Origin: Octopus sinensis
Taxonomy: Eukaryota
Length of the DNA stretch: 64,000 bases
Direction of reading: 5' to 3'
Assembly (NCBI RefSeq): GCF_006345805.1
Contig: NC_043014.1
Location: 12,710,001-12,774,000 of the forward strand
The notes under the pieces are model-generated. The model had not been told where the DNA came from, did no database searches, and worked only from the letters and a program-made list of their open reading frames with translations. Within the stretch, counting starts at the first letter, position 1, and each line of letters opens with the position of its first letter. Shown here in pieces: positions 10,042 through 22,829 of this stretch. The translations under genes and the position numbers were made by a program.

Positions 10042-10696
10042 GTAAGGATGTCTAAACAGACCAGCTCTAACTAATGACTGGTTTACTTGTAATCCTCTTT
10101 TGTTATTTACCTTTTAATAAACTGTTAATCAATAAAATAATTTGTAGATATTTAAATTAAAAAAAATATATGTCAAATTCTATTGTCTTATTCTCTTTTA
10201 CTGACTGAAATATAAAACGAAAACAATTAATCCTCTAAATATACACACGCAATATAGTCGATGTTTCATATATATATATATTATATATATATATATAATA
10301 TATATACGGAGATGTACTTGCATAGCAAGTGACCTGATCTGAGATCGTGTGCTGGAACGAAACGATATATCTATATTATATATATATATAGATATATATA
10401 TATATTCAGACACTCCCACAAGACTTAATTTTATTTAAGCATTAATTGTTTGGAGTCAAAATTTTCTTGGTACCATCTGCAATCTGGTCACTGACAGGTT
10501 CCACTCTTTACACACACACACACATATGCATGATATATACCGCTTGACAACGGTGTTGTTGTTGTTTACGTCCCGTAATTTTGCCATTCGGCATAAGAGA
10601 CCAATAGAATAATGTACCAGTTTTTTAAAAATATATTGGGGTCGATTCCTTGACTAAAACCCCTTCAAGGTGGTGTGAACTAGTACAACCGCACTT

Positions 10697-10796
10697 NNNN
10701 NNNNNNNNNNNNNNNNNNNNNNNNNNNNNNNNNNNNNNNNNNNNNNNNNNNNNNNNNNNNNNNNNNNNNNNNNNNNNNNNNNNNNNNNNNNNNNNN
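10697..10796. other. Assembly gap (100 N)
   Basis: Run of 100 N; flanking repeats look error-rich, as expected at contig ends. Confidence 0.99.
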
Positions 10797-11790
10797 CATG
10801 TAATGTGGCACCAGCACCGGTGCTTTTTACATGGCATCAGCACCAACAAGGTCACCGAGTAACTTCTAAAACAAAAACCCCTTCAGCTAGGAAGGGAGCA
10901 TTAAGCAAGGTGGTTTAGGATATCGATTCTGCTGTTGTGGATGGGTCTCCTTGAGTACTATTCCCCTCCCTTAAAATTTCAAGCCTTTTGCCTAAGGAGA
11001 AAGGATTATTTTTTAACTAATCTTGTAGGTTTGAGATTTTTATAATATGCTTGTTTATTTTTAGAATGACATTGTAGGGTAGGTGTAAGAGGCCAGATCT
11101 AGCTGTTTTGAAATTAACATAATTGTAATGTGTTTCACTTATGTTGAGAGGATAATTTTATTAAAATTTTTTTTGATTAAATTAATTTTTATTATTTAAA
11201 GGTGGTTGAGTTTAATATTAATATTATATAAAAAACATAAAACATATCAAAAATTTCAGCCACATATGACTAGTTTAAATGCTAAGGGTTTAAATTGTAA
11301 TCAACTATATATTTGGTTAAAAAAATCACCCACTACACTCACGGAGTGGTTGGCGTTAGGAAGGGCATCCAGCCGTAGAAACACTGCCAGATCAAACTGG
11401 GCCTGATGCAGCCTTCTGGCTTCACAGACCCCAGTTGAACCGTCCAACCCATGCTAGCATGGAAAGCGGACGCTAAATGATGATGATGATGAAATGTTCT
11501 GGGCTACAATAGAAATTTTAAAATGATATTCATTTGTTACAAATTGTGAAAAATTTTTAATTAAACCTGTATCCAATATCTGTGAATTAACTAACAGCGA
11601 GCAATTACTTTGCGAGGATATTTGTTTAGATTAATAATTGATTTATATTGGAAAATTATTAATCATAATCTTGATGTACATCCGAGTCTTCATCATCATT
11701 ATCCTGATTGTTTTTATATCTGCTTTTTCCATGGTGGTATGGTTTAAATGAGACTTCTTGTGTCTATTCTATACCTGATTAGACTGTTCT

Positions 11791-12020
11791 TTAACCCTTT
11801 CATTACCAACCCGGCCGAAACCGCCTCTGGCTCTGTAGTACAAATGTCTTGTTTTCATAAATTTTGAATTAAAATCTTCCAGCAAACTTTAGTCACAATT
11901 TATGTTCCTCACACTAGCTTAATGATCATGAAGTTATTTTACTAAATTCTTTGCTACGTCTAAAATAATTGAAAGAAACCCAGAACATCTCAAAAATAAA
12001 TACGGTAACGAAAGGGTTAA
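11791..12020. mobile_element. piggyBac-type MITE, second family (222 bp)
   Basis: TTAA+CCCTTTCATTACC ... GGTAACGAAAGGG+TTAA: 13-bp TIR with one mismatch and TTAA on both sides. Confidence 0.85.
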
Positions 12021-13860
12021 AACATCATACAGTCAAGTGGTTAGCTATCTTCTTTATGTGACGTGTGCCCAATCATTACCACAATCCTAGTGCAGTGTCT
12101 GTACGGAGTCACAGAGTCAGACATGCATGTGGATAGACAGACACACGTATAAGTATGATGGTGTGTGGTCTAATGATGAAGATGGTGTTGAACTTATGAT
12201 TGTAGAGTGTTAGGTCCAGTTCATGAACCAGGCAGAAAGCATTGGGTTATGTCAGGCTGTACCAGTCTATTCAACTAAAAGCAAGTTCCAGCAGTAGCTG
12301 GGCATAACATTGTGGCTAACTGGCAGACAGGCATCCTGTCTTGTACTCCCAATTGCTTCTACACTCCAGAAATGAAAATAAACTCCAGCCTAATGACATT
12401 GTATGCTTGAAACAAACTAACTTATGTCAGATATTAGTGATGGAGGTTGCATCATTACTGAATGCTTGTGTGGGTTTAGCTGTGTGGTTACTTCGTTTAG
12501 ACTGAATCTTACTTGTTAAACTCTTTCTAACCTTGAAACCATTAGTGCCATCCCATACATACTGTTTAAAAGGTGGCAAGCTGGCAAAACCATTAGCTCG
12601 CCAGACAAAATACTTAGCGGTATTTTGTCCATCATTATGTTCTGAGTTCAACAGGTTGACAAACTAAGTTACCAGGGAAACACTGGGGTCATTGTAATCA
12701 AGTGTTCCCCTCCCCCAAAATTTCAGTTCTTGTGCCTTTAGTAGAAAGGATTATATTATTATCATATTCATTATTATTACTATTATTATTAAGGCATGAG
12801 CTGGCAGAATTGTTAGCACACCAAGCAAAATGTGTAGTGGCAGAAACGTTAGCACGCCGGCGAAATGCTTCACAGTATTTCGTCTGCCATTACGTTCTGA
12901 GTTCAAATTCCATCGAGGTCAACTTTACCTTTCATCCTTTCGGGGTCGATAAATTAAGTACCAGTTACGCACTGGGGTTGATATAATCGACTTAATCCGT
13001 TTGTCTGTCCTTGTTTGTCCCCTCTGTTTAGCCCCTTGTGGGTAGTAAAGAAATAGGTATTTCATCCATCTTTACATTCTGAGTACAAATTCTGCCGAGG
13101 TCAACTTTACTTTTCATCCTTTCTAGGGTCAATAAAATAAGTATCAGTCAAGTACTGTGGTCAATGTAATCGACTATCCCTTACCCAAAATTTCAGGCCT
13201 TGTGCCTATAGTAGAAAGGATTATTACTGGGTGACAGTCTTTATATCCTACTTTATTGGAATGCCATAATGCTGCAGCATTTGTCCTGAGAAAGTCTCTC
13301 GCATAGATGTTTAATGCATAGAAGCACAGAAATAGTAACAGATGAGAACTGTCCAGCATTGTTGTTGTAATGGCATTCACCTGAAAGGGCTTAAGCCAGC
13401 TCCTATTCAGTTCACTGCATCACAGGTGAGTTCATAGGAGTTTCAAAGGATGAGCAGAGTCTGTGAAAACAGTTCCCATCTGTGTTTGTAAGCCACCATA
13501 CACACCTGGTGGCAGGTCATCCTTGTGTTATGCCTTCTTGCTGCAGGATTCCTGCAGATATGATCCAGCGCCACCAGGAAGCCACTAGATTCCAGAACAG
13601 ATGCTGCCTGAAACTCACCATTGTCCTCCAGTGAGCTGGGTTGCAGCCCTGGGCCCGCCAGTGCCAGACCTCTCGACCTTGGGTGGTCCTATCAGGGACT
13701 CGAAGTCCCTGGTGGCATAGCTCTGACACTCACTCCTTTAACCTTCCCACCACAATGAGGTCAAGAGATGGACTTTGAGGAAGGACTGTTCTGTATTGGT
13801 TATGGAACTGCTGTATCACATGGTTTCAGCGTTCTTTGCACCTCATCATCAGCAGGTATC
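12020..13860 (-). mobile_element. Possible highly degenerate LINE remnant interrupted by SINE B copies
   Basis: GC-richer non-SINE sequence with only weak resemblance to RTE-like ORF and 5' UTR; no clean motif recovered. Confidence 0.3.
12792..13225 (+). mobile_element. tRNA-derived SINE family B, younger copy nested in or joined to an older copy
   Basis: A-box-like GAGCTGGCAGAA, B-box-like GAGTTCAAATTCC; junction AAAGAAATAG|GTATTTC at ~13056. Other copies: 22225-22445(-), 26630-27060, 49219-49437(-), 54150-54590, 59300-59545. Confidence 0.85.
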
Positions 13861-16649
13861 CATTAATGTCGTTATCGTCATCATCATCATTATCATTTAA
13901 CTTTCATTTCCATACTAACATGGGTTGGACAGTTAGACAGCAGCTGGTAAGCCAATGTAAACAATGTGATCTAAGATAGGAATCTTTGATGTCTATGTAA
14001 GCATAGAAATATTCGTTTATGCAGCTAACTGGCTTCCGTGCCAGTGGGACGTAAAAAGCACCATTCGTTACCAGCGTCACCTTCCTGGCACTTGTGCTGG
14101 TGGCAGATGAAAAAACATTCGAGCGAGGTCGTTGCCAGTGCCGCTGGACTGGCTCCTGTGCAGGTGGCATGTAAAAAAAAACACCATTTGAGTATGGCTG
14201 TTGCCAGTACCACCTGACTGGCCCTCGTGCCGGTGGCATGTAAAAGCACCTACTACACTCTCAGAATGGTTGGCATTAGGAGGGCATCCAGCTGTAGAAA
14301 CTGTGCCAGATCAAGATTGGCGCCCTGGGCAGCCATCTGGTTCGCCAGTCCTCAGTAAAATCGTCCAACCCATGCCAGCATGGAAAGCGGACATTAAACG
14401 ATGATGATGATGATGATGCTGTGCTGGTTCTGAATTCTGTAGATAAACTTTAAAATGAGAATATCACACTGCTAACACAGGATAAGACACAATATTGACT
14501 TGTAAATATACTTGGTAGTATATTATAGTTGCAAAATGAAATACTGTGTCCTTGCCAGCAATTAATATATATATGTATATATATTCTTTTATTCTTTTAC
14601 TTGTTTCAGTCATTTGACTACGGCCATGCTGGAGCACCACCTTAAGGGTTTTAGTCAAAGAAATTGATTCCAGGACTTATTCTTTGTAAGCCTAGTACTT
14701 ATTCTATCAGTCTCTTTGCTGAACTGCTAAGTTATGGGGATGTAAACATACTAACACCAGTTGTCAAGAGGTGATGGAGTGGGGGACAAACACAGACACA
14801 CACATACGCACACAATGGGCTTCTTTCAGTTTCCCTCTACCAAGTCCACTCACAAGGCTTTGGTCAGCCCGAGGATATAATAGAAGGCACTTGTCCAAGG
14901 TGCCACGTGGTGGGACTGAACCCGGATCCATGTGGTTGGGAAGCAAGTTTCTCACCCCACAGCCATGCCTATGCATACATGTCTCTATATATGTTAAGAG
15001 GAGGCACACAAAGCAATGTTGAATAAAATATACATGTGTACAATCTTAATTAATACATTTGTGGACACTTAAGACATAGGAAGCCCTTTCACAGCTAAAA
15101 TTTAAAAAATTCTCCTCACAGACAACGTGTGTGAAAACACATTGGGCCATGAATGACAGATTGTGGGACACATGTACTTCTGTGTCATCAGTTTTCATCA
15201 GCCAATATTATATCAGCGAGCTGCAGAATCGTTAGCATGCCAGACAAAATTTATAGCAGTATTTCATTCATCTTTATGTTCTGAGTTCAAATTCCACTGA
15301 GGTCGACTCTGCCTTCATCCTTTTTGGGGGTCAAGAAGGAAACCCCAAAAAACATGAAATAAAATGATGAAGACTAATCTCAGGACCTTGTACTTCACAG
15401 AAGAGGTGAGAAAGGGGCTGGGATGTCTGGCAAGATGAGGTTCTTGAGAAGTCCCACCCACCACTGCAAAACTGAATTCTGCAAACACTGTGTGCATATG
15501 TGTATGCATATATATATATATATATATATATACAAATGGGCATCTTACTCAATCTCCTCCTTATATATATCTCCCCCATGATACCATTTTATTTTTTCTT
15601 GCTTCCTGAAATGATTTCACTTGTTAGCCATTCTTCATCCATTAATTATTACATGTATGTATATATATGTGTGTGTGCATGCATGCATACATACACACAT
15701 GACATCATCATCATCATCATTATTGTTTGTATTCCATGCTGGCATGAGTTGAACAGTCTAACAGAATCCAACAGATCGGAGGGCTGTGTTGAGCTCCAGT
15801 GTCAATAATGGTTTCTATTGTTGGACAAGATTCCTAATGCAAACCATTTTACAGAGTGTGCTGGGTGCCTTTTTATGTCACCAGCACTAGTGAGGTTGCC
15901 GAATAGGTCACAAAACAAGACCCTGTTGTTTAGGAGGGGCTGTAGTATTGAAGGAGATGGCTTTATGCCAGAGGTTGAAAGGTAAGAGTATGATGGGTGG
16001 GGTGATAAAAACAACAGATATCTTGCTATAGAAGAGATACATGGCTACCATAACAGGAAAAAGGGAGTGATGATAAGCTGTCACAATGTACCTCCAAGGT
16101 CAAAGAGATTCAATGTGATGGGTATAGGGACAGAGGGGATAGGTGAGGTAGTTTGGGGTGGGGGAAGCAGACAAGTTCACAAGAGTGTGAGGTGAGTGGC
16201 AAATGGTTAGAGAAGGAGATACAGGTGATGTGGTGGACAGCAAACAGGGTAGGGTGCATGGTCAGTGGTGAATATCATTTTAGGAGAAGGTGAAGGAAAC
16301 GGGAGTGGGTCAGGAAAGGGCTGATATGAGATGGTGTGTAATAGTGATACTCTGTAAAGTGGTTGGTGTTAGGTAGGGTGTCCAGCCATAGAAAATGTGC
16401 CAAGTCAGACTGGAGTCTGGAGCAGCTCCCCAGCATTGGTCAAACCATCCGACCCATGCCAGCATGGAAAACATACATTAAATGATGGTGGTGATGATGA
16501 TGAGAGGATATTGAGACTGTCAGATGAATGAATGACAAAGGGAAGTGGACATAAGGAGAGGAGAACTAGTTACGTATAAATGTGGGGAATGAAATATGTG
16601 CATCTCTGCATTCATATAATTATAATTACAGAAGCTGAGATTCATCAGT

Positions 16650-16854
16650 GTCCACTGTCCTCTGAAATGATTTTGTGGACATTCTGAACAGTTCCATCTG
16701 CTTCAAACTTATCACTAATGATGCTAATTCACGTAGGTGGATTTTTCTGAAACTTCCTCTTAAACTGTCTTTGAACTTTTATTATGGTTCCAAACTTCCA
16801 GTAGCATTGTAGGATAAATTTTCTTTGTTCAAAGCTTAGCTTGGTTCTTTTCAT
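16650..16854 (-). mobile_element. Tc1/mariner-superfamily transposase N-terminal (HTH) remnant
   Basis: Minus strand MKRTKLSFEQRKFILQCYWKFGTIIKVQRQFKRKFQK...DKFEADGTVQNVHK. Confidence 0.6.
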
Positions 16855-18061
16855 TATTTCTAAGGGGTCAAATCTGAAAAGAAATGAATATTGAGTGGGT
16901 TATCTGCTGTTAAAGTTTGTTTACCACATACCTAGACCTTCTCATAGTAATACTTTAAGACTTTATTCAAAACTTTTGAATAAAGTTTTTGTAAATAAGA
17001 AATTTCTTCAGCTTGCCTGTTTTCTCATCTCAAAATAAAAAATGTTGGTGTGGTTCTTGTAAGTAGTTAGTTTGATGTCAGTTGTATGTGCTAATTGATT
17101 TTATTTTATACAGCTTTTAGCCATTCGAAATCAAACTTATTATTAAAACACTTATGAACATTACTCATAAATCCAAAACAATTCTTCTTGAAGTATTAAC
17201 ATACTCCAGCTATTATTGTTTCAGTATTGTCTCTTGCTGTAATGCAAACTTCCGTTATTTCTCTTGAATTTTAGTAATTCTTAGTAACTAAGTTTTGTTC
17301 TTTTCTAAATAGTGAGCATTTCAAAGTGGTACCACTAATTAACCCCCTAGCATTTTAGATTATTCTAATGTAATGCTTATTTATTCACATTGTTTTGAAT
17401 TACTCATGCATTATCTCATGGTTTCAAGATTTTGATGATGTGGTTGTATATTTTTAGTATGACATTGTAGAGTAGGTGTGAGAGGCCAAAAAACAAGTAG
17501 AATATTTGAGCCAAATTAAATGCTATAGATTAGATATTAAAAATTTCCCAACAGTAAAAAAATGTTTATACTCCTATTTCTTTTCATTAATGCTACCAGA
17601 TGTTAAGATTTCTTTATATGTAATTACTGCCCATATGCATATTTTTTTGTTGCCCAAATATATTTATTGCTTTGGTAGTTTTGTTTAACACTTCAAGTAA
17701 AACTCAATTTGCTGTATAAAATTCTAGTTTCACATTTTGTTGCCAGACACTCACGTGAAAATAACTTCCCTTGCCTTATTTGATGGCATTATACATCACA
17801 CTTTCTATTTGCACCCAAAATGTCTCAAAAAATTGCCTTAGGTCCTATATGTGAAGTTGAGCCTCCCATAAGTTTTAGTGCACTAAAATTTTTTCCCCAA
17901 AGTATACTTTACTGAAATTGGAATGCATCTAATAAGCCCGTGTGTCTTTTATGACATTAAACATGATGATTTTAGAATAGAATTATAGCTTCTTTTGAAA
18001 GATATTTTATTTTCTAAATCTTTATATATAAGAATTTCCTCTTTATTTTGTGAATTTCTAG

Positions 18062-18186
18062 TACCACTGAGCAAGATCAGAAACGCATTACTCACAACAA
18101 TTCCGAAAAGCAGCGAAAAGAAAATCAAGACTAAAATTGAAAACATTGGTCACCTTTTGCCCCGAATAAGAAATAATGAAAAGCAG
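18062..18186 (+). CDS. USF3: USF3-like bHLH exon: basic region + helix 1 + loop, with a frameshift at ~18117
   Basis: Acceptor TTTCTAG 18055-18061, donor GTAC 18187. Frame 3 reads TTEQDQKRITHNNSEKQRK and frame 1 reads KKIKTKIENIGHLLPRIRNNEKQ; human USF3 reads THNAVERHRKKKINAGINRIGELIP. Confidence 0.85.
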
Positions 18187-20489
18187 GTACTATTTTTACT
18201 TAATGTTTATAAAAACAAACAAATACAAGTAAACTGAGTATAGGCGTAGGAGTGGGTGTGTGCTAAGTAGCTTGCTTGCGAACCACATGGTTCCGGGTTC
18301 AATCCCACTGCGTGGCACCTTGGGCAAGTGTCTTCTACTATAGCCTCTGGCCGACCAAAGCCTTGCGAGTGGATTTGGTAGACGCCCTTTGTGTATATAT
18401 ACATATATATATGTATGTGTGTGTGTGTGTGTGTGTGTTTGTCTGTGTCTGTTCCCCCAACATCGCTTGACAACGATGCTGGTGTGTTATGTCCCCATAA
18501 CTTAGTGGTTCAGCAAAAGAGACCGATAGAATAAGTACTAGGCTTACAAAGAATAAGTCCTGGGGTCGATTTGCTCGACTAAAGGTGATGCTCCAGCATG
18601 GCCGTAGTCAAATGACTGAAACGAGCAAAAGAGTAAACCCGAACATGATTTAATGCAAGGAAATTACTTTGTAATCATTTGTAGTCAGTGATAACAAGTG
18701 ACCGAGACATTTGGTGATATGCGGTGCAAATGAAATTGTAGTCATGGCACCCTTGAAATCATAGTTTTGACCGTTGCCAGTGTCATGTAAATGGCACCCA
18801 TGCCAGTGGCACGTAAAAAGCACCCGTTCCACTCTTGGAGTGGTGGGCATTAGGAAGGGTGTCCAGCCGTGGAAACTATGCCAACTAGACTGGGAGCTGG
18901 TACAGCTCTCTGGCTTAACAGTTCCAGCCAAATCATCTAACCCATGCCAGCATGAAAAACGGACGTTAAATGACGATAATGATGATAATGATGTAACAGA
19001 AACATCTTTCTGCCATCTCCAAAATGGAACCACTTATGGATGACCTATGTTCTATAGTTTATGTCCGCAAAGGAGTTTAAATGAGTTAGTATTGAAGTTC
19101 AGAGAATGTGAATACTTTGGATAGTTTGTTTCTTTTGAATTTCTCTGTCCATTTTAGTAAGTTTATTCTTATTGAGAACTGTATGTTGTCGATGTCATGA
19201 GAATTTTATGAACTTTGATGAGGGTGTGGTTAAGAAGCTTGCTTCGCAAACACATGGTTCCAGGTTCAGTCCCACTGTGTGATTGATACCTTAGGCAAGT
19301 GTCTTCTACTACAGCTTCAGGCCAACCAAAGCCTTGTGAGTGGATTTGGTTGTCAGAAATTGAAAGAAGCCCATTGTGTGTGTCTTTGTGTCTCTGTTTG
19401 TCCCCTACTTGACAACCGGTGTTGGTGGGGGTTACATCTCCATAACTTAGCACCTTGGCAATAGAGACCAATAGAATAAGTACGAGGCTTAAAAGAAGAA
19501 AATGTACTGCAGTCAATTCATTTGATTAAAAATCCTTGTAGGCGGTGCCCCAGTCTGGCTGCATTCTGATGACTGGAACGAGTAAAAGAAAAGAAATTCT
19601 TTGTTTTGGAATAGGGGATCTTGAAGCAGACATAGAGCTATAAACATAGCATATAAATATTGGGTTGAAAACCTCTTTTGGATAGAAAAAGTTAAAAGCT
19701 ACCTGTTGGACAGATCTTTGATTTTTGTATCCAAAAGAATTTTTCAACCCATTATTTATAGCTTTATGTGCTGTTTGAGGTCCACTATTCCAAAAAAAAA
19801 AGAGAATTATTTCATGTTCTCTCAAATGTTTACAAAGTCCTTTTGGCATCAACTTCTTTTCTGTGTAATTCATGGACAGAAATAAAAGCTATGCCAGGCC
19901 TTGCTCAGAATTATGACAGAAAACAGCTTTGTAAAGGCAGATGGCTTGTAAAAAACACCAGTTGAGCATGGCCATTGCCAGTACTGCCTGACTGACCCTC
20001 GTACTGGTGGCATGTAAAAGCACCCACTACGCTCTCGGAGTGGTTGGCGTTAGGAAGGGCATCCAGCTGTAGAAACTCTGCCAGATCAGATTGGAGCCTG
20101 GTGCAGCCATCTGGTTTGCCAGTCCTCAGTCAAATCGTCCAACCCATGCTAGCATGGAAAGCGGACGTTAAACCATGATGATGATGATGATGATAGTACC
20201 TGACGTTGCTTATGTTGCTAAACAACACTTCACTTTCTATTTTGAAATATCCTTAAAATGGCTGCTTTAATTAGTTTTCTCACCTGCAAATGTTCCTCTG
20301 CAACACACCAACTCACCAACATTCCAAAGAAAGCCTTTGCTCTCATGAGATTATCTAACCAATTCCTGATCAAGGAAATTCACCTCAGATCTTACTGCTA
20401 CACAACAGCTCCTGCCTCTCTCAAACTGTTTGAGATTTCAGATTGGTCAATTGGTCAGAGGTCCAACAGTTTTACACAGACTACCCTAT

Positions 20490-20900
20490 GGCCCTGTGGT
20501 TCAGTGGTTAGAGCATCAAGGTCACAATCAAGGTTGTGAGTTTGATTCCTGAACTGGGCTTAGTGTTGTGTTCTTGAGCAGGACACTTTATCTCATGTTG
20601 CTCTACTTGAATCAGCTGTAGAAATGAGTTGTATCATCACTGGTGTCAAGCTGTATCAGTCTTTGTCTTTCTCTTGGGTAACATTGGTAGCATGAAGAGG
20701 GGAGGCTAGGTGCAACCCCACAGTCATTCATGATCGTTGGGGGTCTTTACCCATTACCCTATGTACATATAATGGTGTGGAGAGGGGAGCATGGGCAACT
20801 GCTGGTCTTCCGTAAACAACTTTGCTTGGGCTTGTGCCTCAGGGGGGAACTCTCTAGGTGCAATCCCATGGTCATTCATCACTGGAGGAAGCCTTTACCT
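20490..20900 (+). mobile_element. tRNA-derived SINE family C (GTTGTGTTCTTGAGCAAGACAC-type core)
   Basis: Head TGGTTCAGTGGTTAGAGC / GTTTGATTCC. Related copies at 42040-42345(-), 43600-43920, 21940-22065(-), 46130-46375(-), 53860-54080. Confidence 0.7.
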
Positions 20901-22115
20901 TTTTGTCCTATGGTCCTTAATAGTAAATGTGGATCATCTTTGATCTATCTCTTATGGTTGTGTCGTATATGCATGTATGCATCTTTTATCTTTTACTTGT
21001 GGTTGACTATTTTGGTCAAGTGAATTGACAGCAGTGCTTATCTTTTTTAAAGCTTGGTATTTATTCAATTGTTCTCTTTTGCCAAACCACTAAGTTACAT
21101 GGACGTAAACACACCAACACTGGTTGTCAAGCAGTGGTGGGGGACAAACACAAACAATAAGACACACACACTTCATCTCCTCCTATCCACGTATGCACAA
21201 AATGCAATTATTGTATTAAGCAAAAGATATCAGTAGACAATAGTTTTGTAATTCTTCTTTTATTTTTACTTGTTTCAGTCATTTAACTGTGGCCATGCTG
21301 GACCTCTGCCTTCAATTTACATTTCTTTATACTAAAGAATTGCCTTTCATAATCTCTACTCTCTTTTACTTGTTTCAGTCATTTGACTGCGGCCATGCTG
21401 GAGCACTGCCTTTAGTCGAGCAAATTGACCCCGGGACTTATTCTTTGTAAGCCTAGTACTTATTCTATTGGTCTCTTTTGCCGAACCGCTAAGTAACAGG
21501 GACATAAACACACCAGCATCAGTTGTCAAGCAATGCTAGGGGGACAAACACAGACACACAAACATATACATATATATATATATATACATATATACGACGG
21601 GCTTCTTGCAGTTTCTGTGTACCAAATCTACTCACAAGCTTTGGTCGGCCTGAGGCTATAGTAGAAGACACTTGCCCAAGGTGCCACGTAGTGGGACTGA
21701 ACCCAGAGCCATGTGGTTGGTAAGCAAGCTACTTATCACACAGCCACTTCTGCGCCTATATGTGACATTTTTCATTTGTTATCTCAGTAGGAAATCTCAT
21801 GCCCACATGGCTGACCAAACTGTGAGACATTGTTGCACATCAGTAATCACAGTGTGCTTTGCATTGTTTTGCCTTTCAAATGATGCCACTCTGCTGGTTG
21901 GATGAGCCGGCCAGCATTCCCCACTGATTGATAGGGAAACTGGATCAGTGTGAAATCAAGTGTTTTCGCTCAAGAACACAACATGCTGCCCAGTCTAAGA
22001 ATCGAACCCAAAATCTAGCGATCATCAGTGCAATACCCTAACCACTAAGCCACGTGCCTTCACCAACAGGAAATATATATATATATAACAAATACAATTA
22101 TTTTATTATTTTTAG

Positions 22116-22212
22116 AGTACACTGGCAATATTGGAACGAGCTGCTGATTATATTACAGAAATACAGGATAAAAATGACCAATTGATGTGTGATAATGGAG
22201 TGGAAGTTCAAA
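22116..22212 (+). CDS. USF3: USF3-like bHLH helix 2 exon
   Basis: TTTTTAG|STLAILERAADYITEIQDKNDQLMCDNGVEVQ+A|GTAAGT; similar to USF3 SKNMILDQAFKYITELKRQNDELLLNGGNNEQ; phases 0 and 1 fit the neighbouring exons. Confidence 0.92.
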
Positions 22213-22829
22213 GTAAGTATAATAAATTTGATTTCAAATTTTGGCACAAGGCCAGCAAATTTGGGGGAAGGAACAAGTCGATTGCATTGACCCCAGTGCT
22301 CAACTGGTGCTTACTTTACTGGTCCCAAAAGGATGAAAGGCAAAGTTGACCTCGGCAGCATTTGAACTCAGAACTTAAAGATGGACGAAATGCCGCGAAG
22401 CATTTTGCCTGGTGTGCTAATGATTCTGCCAGCTCGCCACCTTAATTTGATTTTTAACTTAGTCAATGAAGATGTAATCAAAGCCTAGTATTTTTATTTC
22501 ATCTGCATTTTATGTCCCTTTTTTTTCCCCCTTGCTTACATGGATTGAACAAGTTTCCTCCTGCACAGAGCCTTGCCATTTGTTGCAGTCCCTTGTTGTT
22601 CCCATGAAATTCAGTATCCTGAGATCAACTTTTGCCACACCTCATGGCTTCTTCTTCAGCAGGTTTCCTTCACTAAAATTGCTAAGCCTTTCTTCACCCA
22701 ATGGTTATTGTTCATATATATCATATGTGCATACCAGCACAGCTCCAGCATTCATTACACGTTTAGCAGAGTACACTCACTCTTTTCTTTTTTTTTGTGC
22801 TGTGGGCTTGCTTTGTTTCAAATTTTGAA

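Noticed and set aside
10297-10365. Short GC-richer element in (TA)n with CTGATCTGA...CGAAAC
   Set aside because: The core spacing does not fit a hammerhead and no stems I-III could be built; probably a repeat fragment.
16632-16736. Possible extra USF3 exon (AG at 16630-16631, phase-2 donor at ~16737)
   Set aside because: It needs a frameshift to be open, and the minus strand of the same bases reads as a transposase N-terminus.
18110-18135. Programmed ribosomal frameshift or RNA editing to rescue the bHLH
   Set aside because: A +1 shift would give a helix one residue short of conserved spacing, there is no canonical slippery heptamer, and A-to-I editing cannot change length. Assembly error is simpler.
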